Shown here: piece after piece, positions 22,201-23,198 of the stretch | Layout of the letters: each line of letters starts with the position of its first letter | Position numbering within the stretch: position 1 is the first letter of the stretch | From: Ginkgo biloba | Lineage: Eukaryota > Plantae > Ginkgophyta | Direction: 5' to 3' | NCBI GenBank assembly: GCA_024626585.2 | Contig: JANKJI020000004.1 | Span: forward strand, 175,829,019 to 175,852,216 | Length of the DNA: 23,198 bases | Translations under genes and position numbers: made by a program | The notes under the pieces: model-generated | Databases searched by the model: none | Told to the model about the DNA's origin: nothing | What the model saw: the letters and a program-made list of their open reading frames with translations, nothing else

Positions 22201-23198
22201 GCATAATCAACTTAAACAATTATAACCAAGAGTAAATCAAATCAAACTAAGATAGAATACATGCATCTCCCATTATAAGATATGCTCAAAATAAGATTAN
22301 NNNNNNNNNNNNNNNNNNNNNNNNNNNNNNNNNNNNNNNNNNNNNNNNNNNNNNNNNNNNNNNNNNNNNNNNNNNNNNNNCATATGTATTTCACACATAT
22401 AAGGATAAGTCATGACTAAACATGACACTTGTTTAGATATTTAGTTGCTCGTGGACATACGTGACTTCCTATATATATTAAACAAGAGAGTAGGGTCTAA
22501 TGATAATGATTTTCTATTCCTAATATTATTATCTTGATGTATCTATATGTGCGGCCAAAGATGCATCTAAATTGCATGGCCATAAGTGCATAGTAATGCT
22601 TATGGACTTAAATTCTTAACACATATATGATCTAGGTTTCATTTCTATATCAAAATACCACCATATGCTTCCTCTACTTGTTCTCTCTAACTCTTTTATC
22701 TACAGTTCATCTTAAGAAAACCACTCAAGAGTTTTAAGTATTACTTAAACATGATATAAAGAGGCTCCCCACTATTACCCCTTTCCTATTACAAGGCTAA
22801 TTGGGATTCATTTACCTTATGAGTCTATTAGTGGGCCATATTATAGTCCTTTAATTTTTGTATTGCCCAAAGTTTTCTTGAAGTTCCTAGGCTTATTAAA
22901 ATGAAAAATTCAATTTAAAAAACATAAAAAAATTACTGATTAATTCACATATTATTGGACCAAAAGAAATAATATGGTATGTTTGCCATTTTATTTTTCC
23001 TTTTTTGGCTAGAAATAATTATTTCTATGAAGGTAATAAAGTATACCCTTATAACATATATGGCAATAATAAACTAAAAAAGGACCAAAAAGAGATAATC
23101 TTGATAATTATTATCCAAAACTAGAAAAAAAGGAGTTCATGAGCCACATGGAATAATAAAGATTTGTAATGTTTTAAGTAAATATGGTGATAATATCA

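Overview
Eukaryotic land-plant genomic DNA. It is AT-rich, contains spliceosomal GT-AG introns and decayed LTR retroelements, and is probably from a seed plant with a large genome such as a gymnosperm (inference). The scaffold is heavily gapped, with several exactly-100-N gaps of unknown true size. Two convergent host genes are recognisable, and both run into a 100-N gap within their last visible exon. (1) On the + strand, the last two visible exons (1035-1101, 1256-1315) of a telobox-Myb TRF-like (family-2 TRFL-type) protein. (2) On the - strand, a tonoplast dicarboxylate transporter gene (TDT, SLC13/DASS family) with four visible exons (19275->17408). Between them lie a decayed + strand Ty3/gypsy element (LTR, tRNA-iMet PBS, gag, protease, start of RT; about 3.9-6.8 kb), a second very degenerate - strand gypsy-like gag/protease relic (about 12.5-14.6 kb), a 534-bp TIR-bounded MITE (9464-9997) and small tandem duplications. 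The least-explained region is 7.1-11.1 kb. It carries a run of canonical + strand splice sites defining micro-exons that can be joined into a 40-aa hydrophobic small ORF, followed by further apparently non-coding exons. This is a candidate micro-exon peptide gene or spliced lncRNA, inferred only from splice signals. No prokaryotic-type system, CRISPR array or structural RNA gene is supported.
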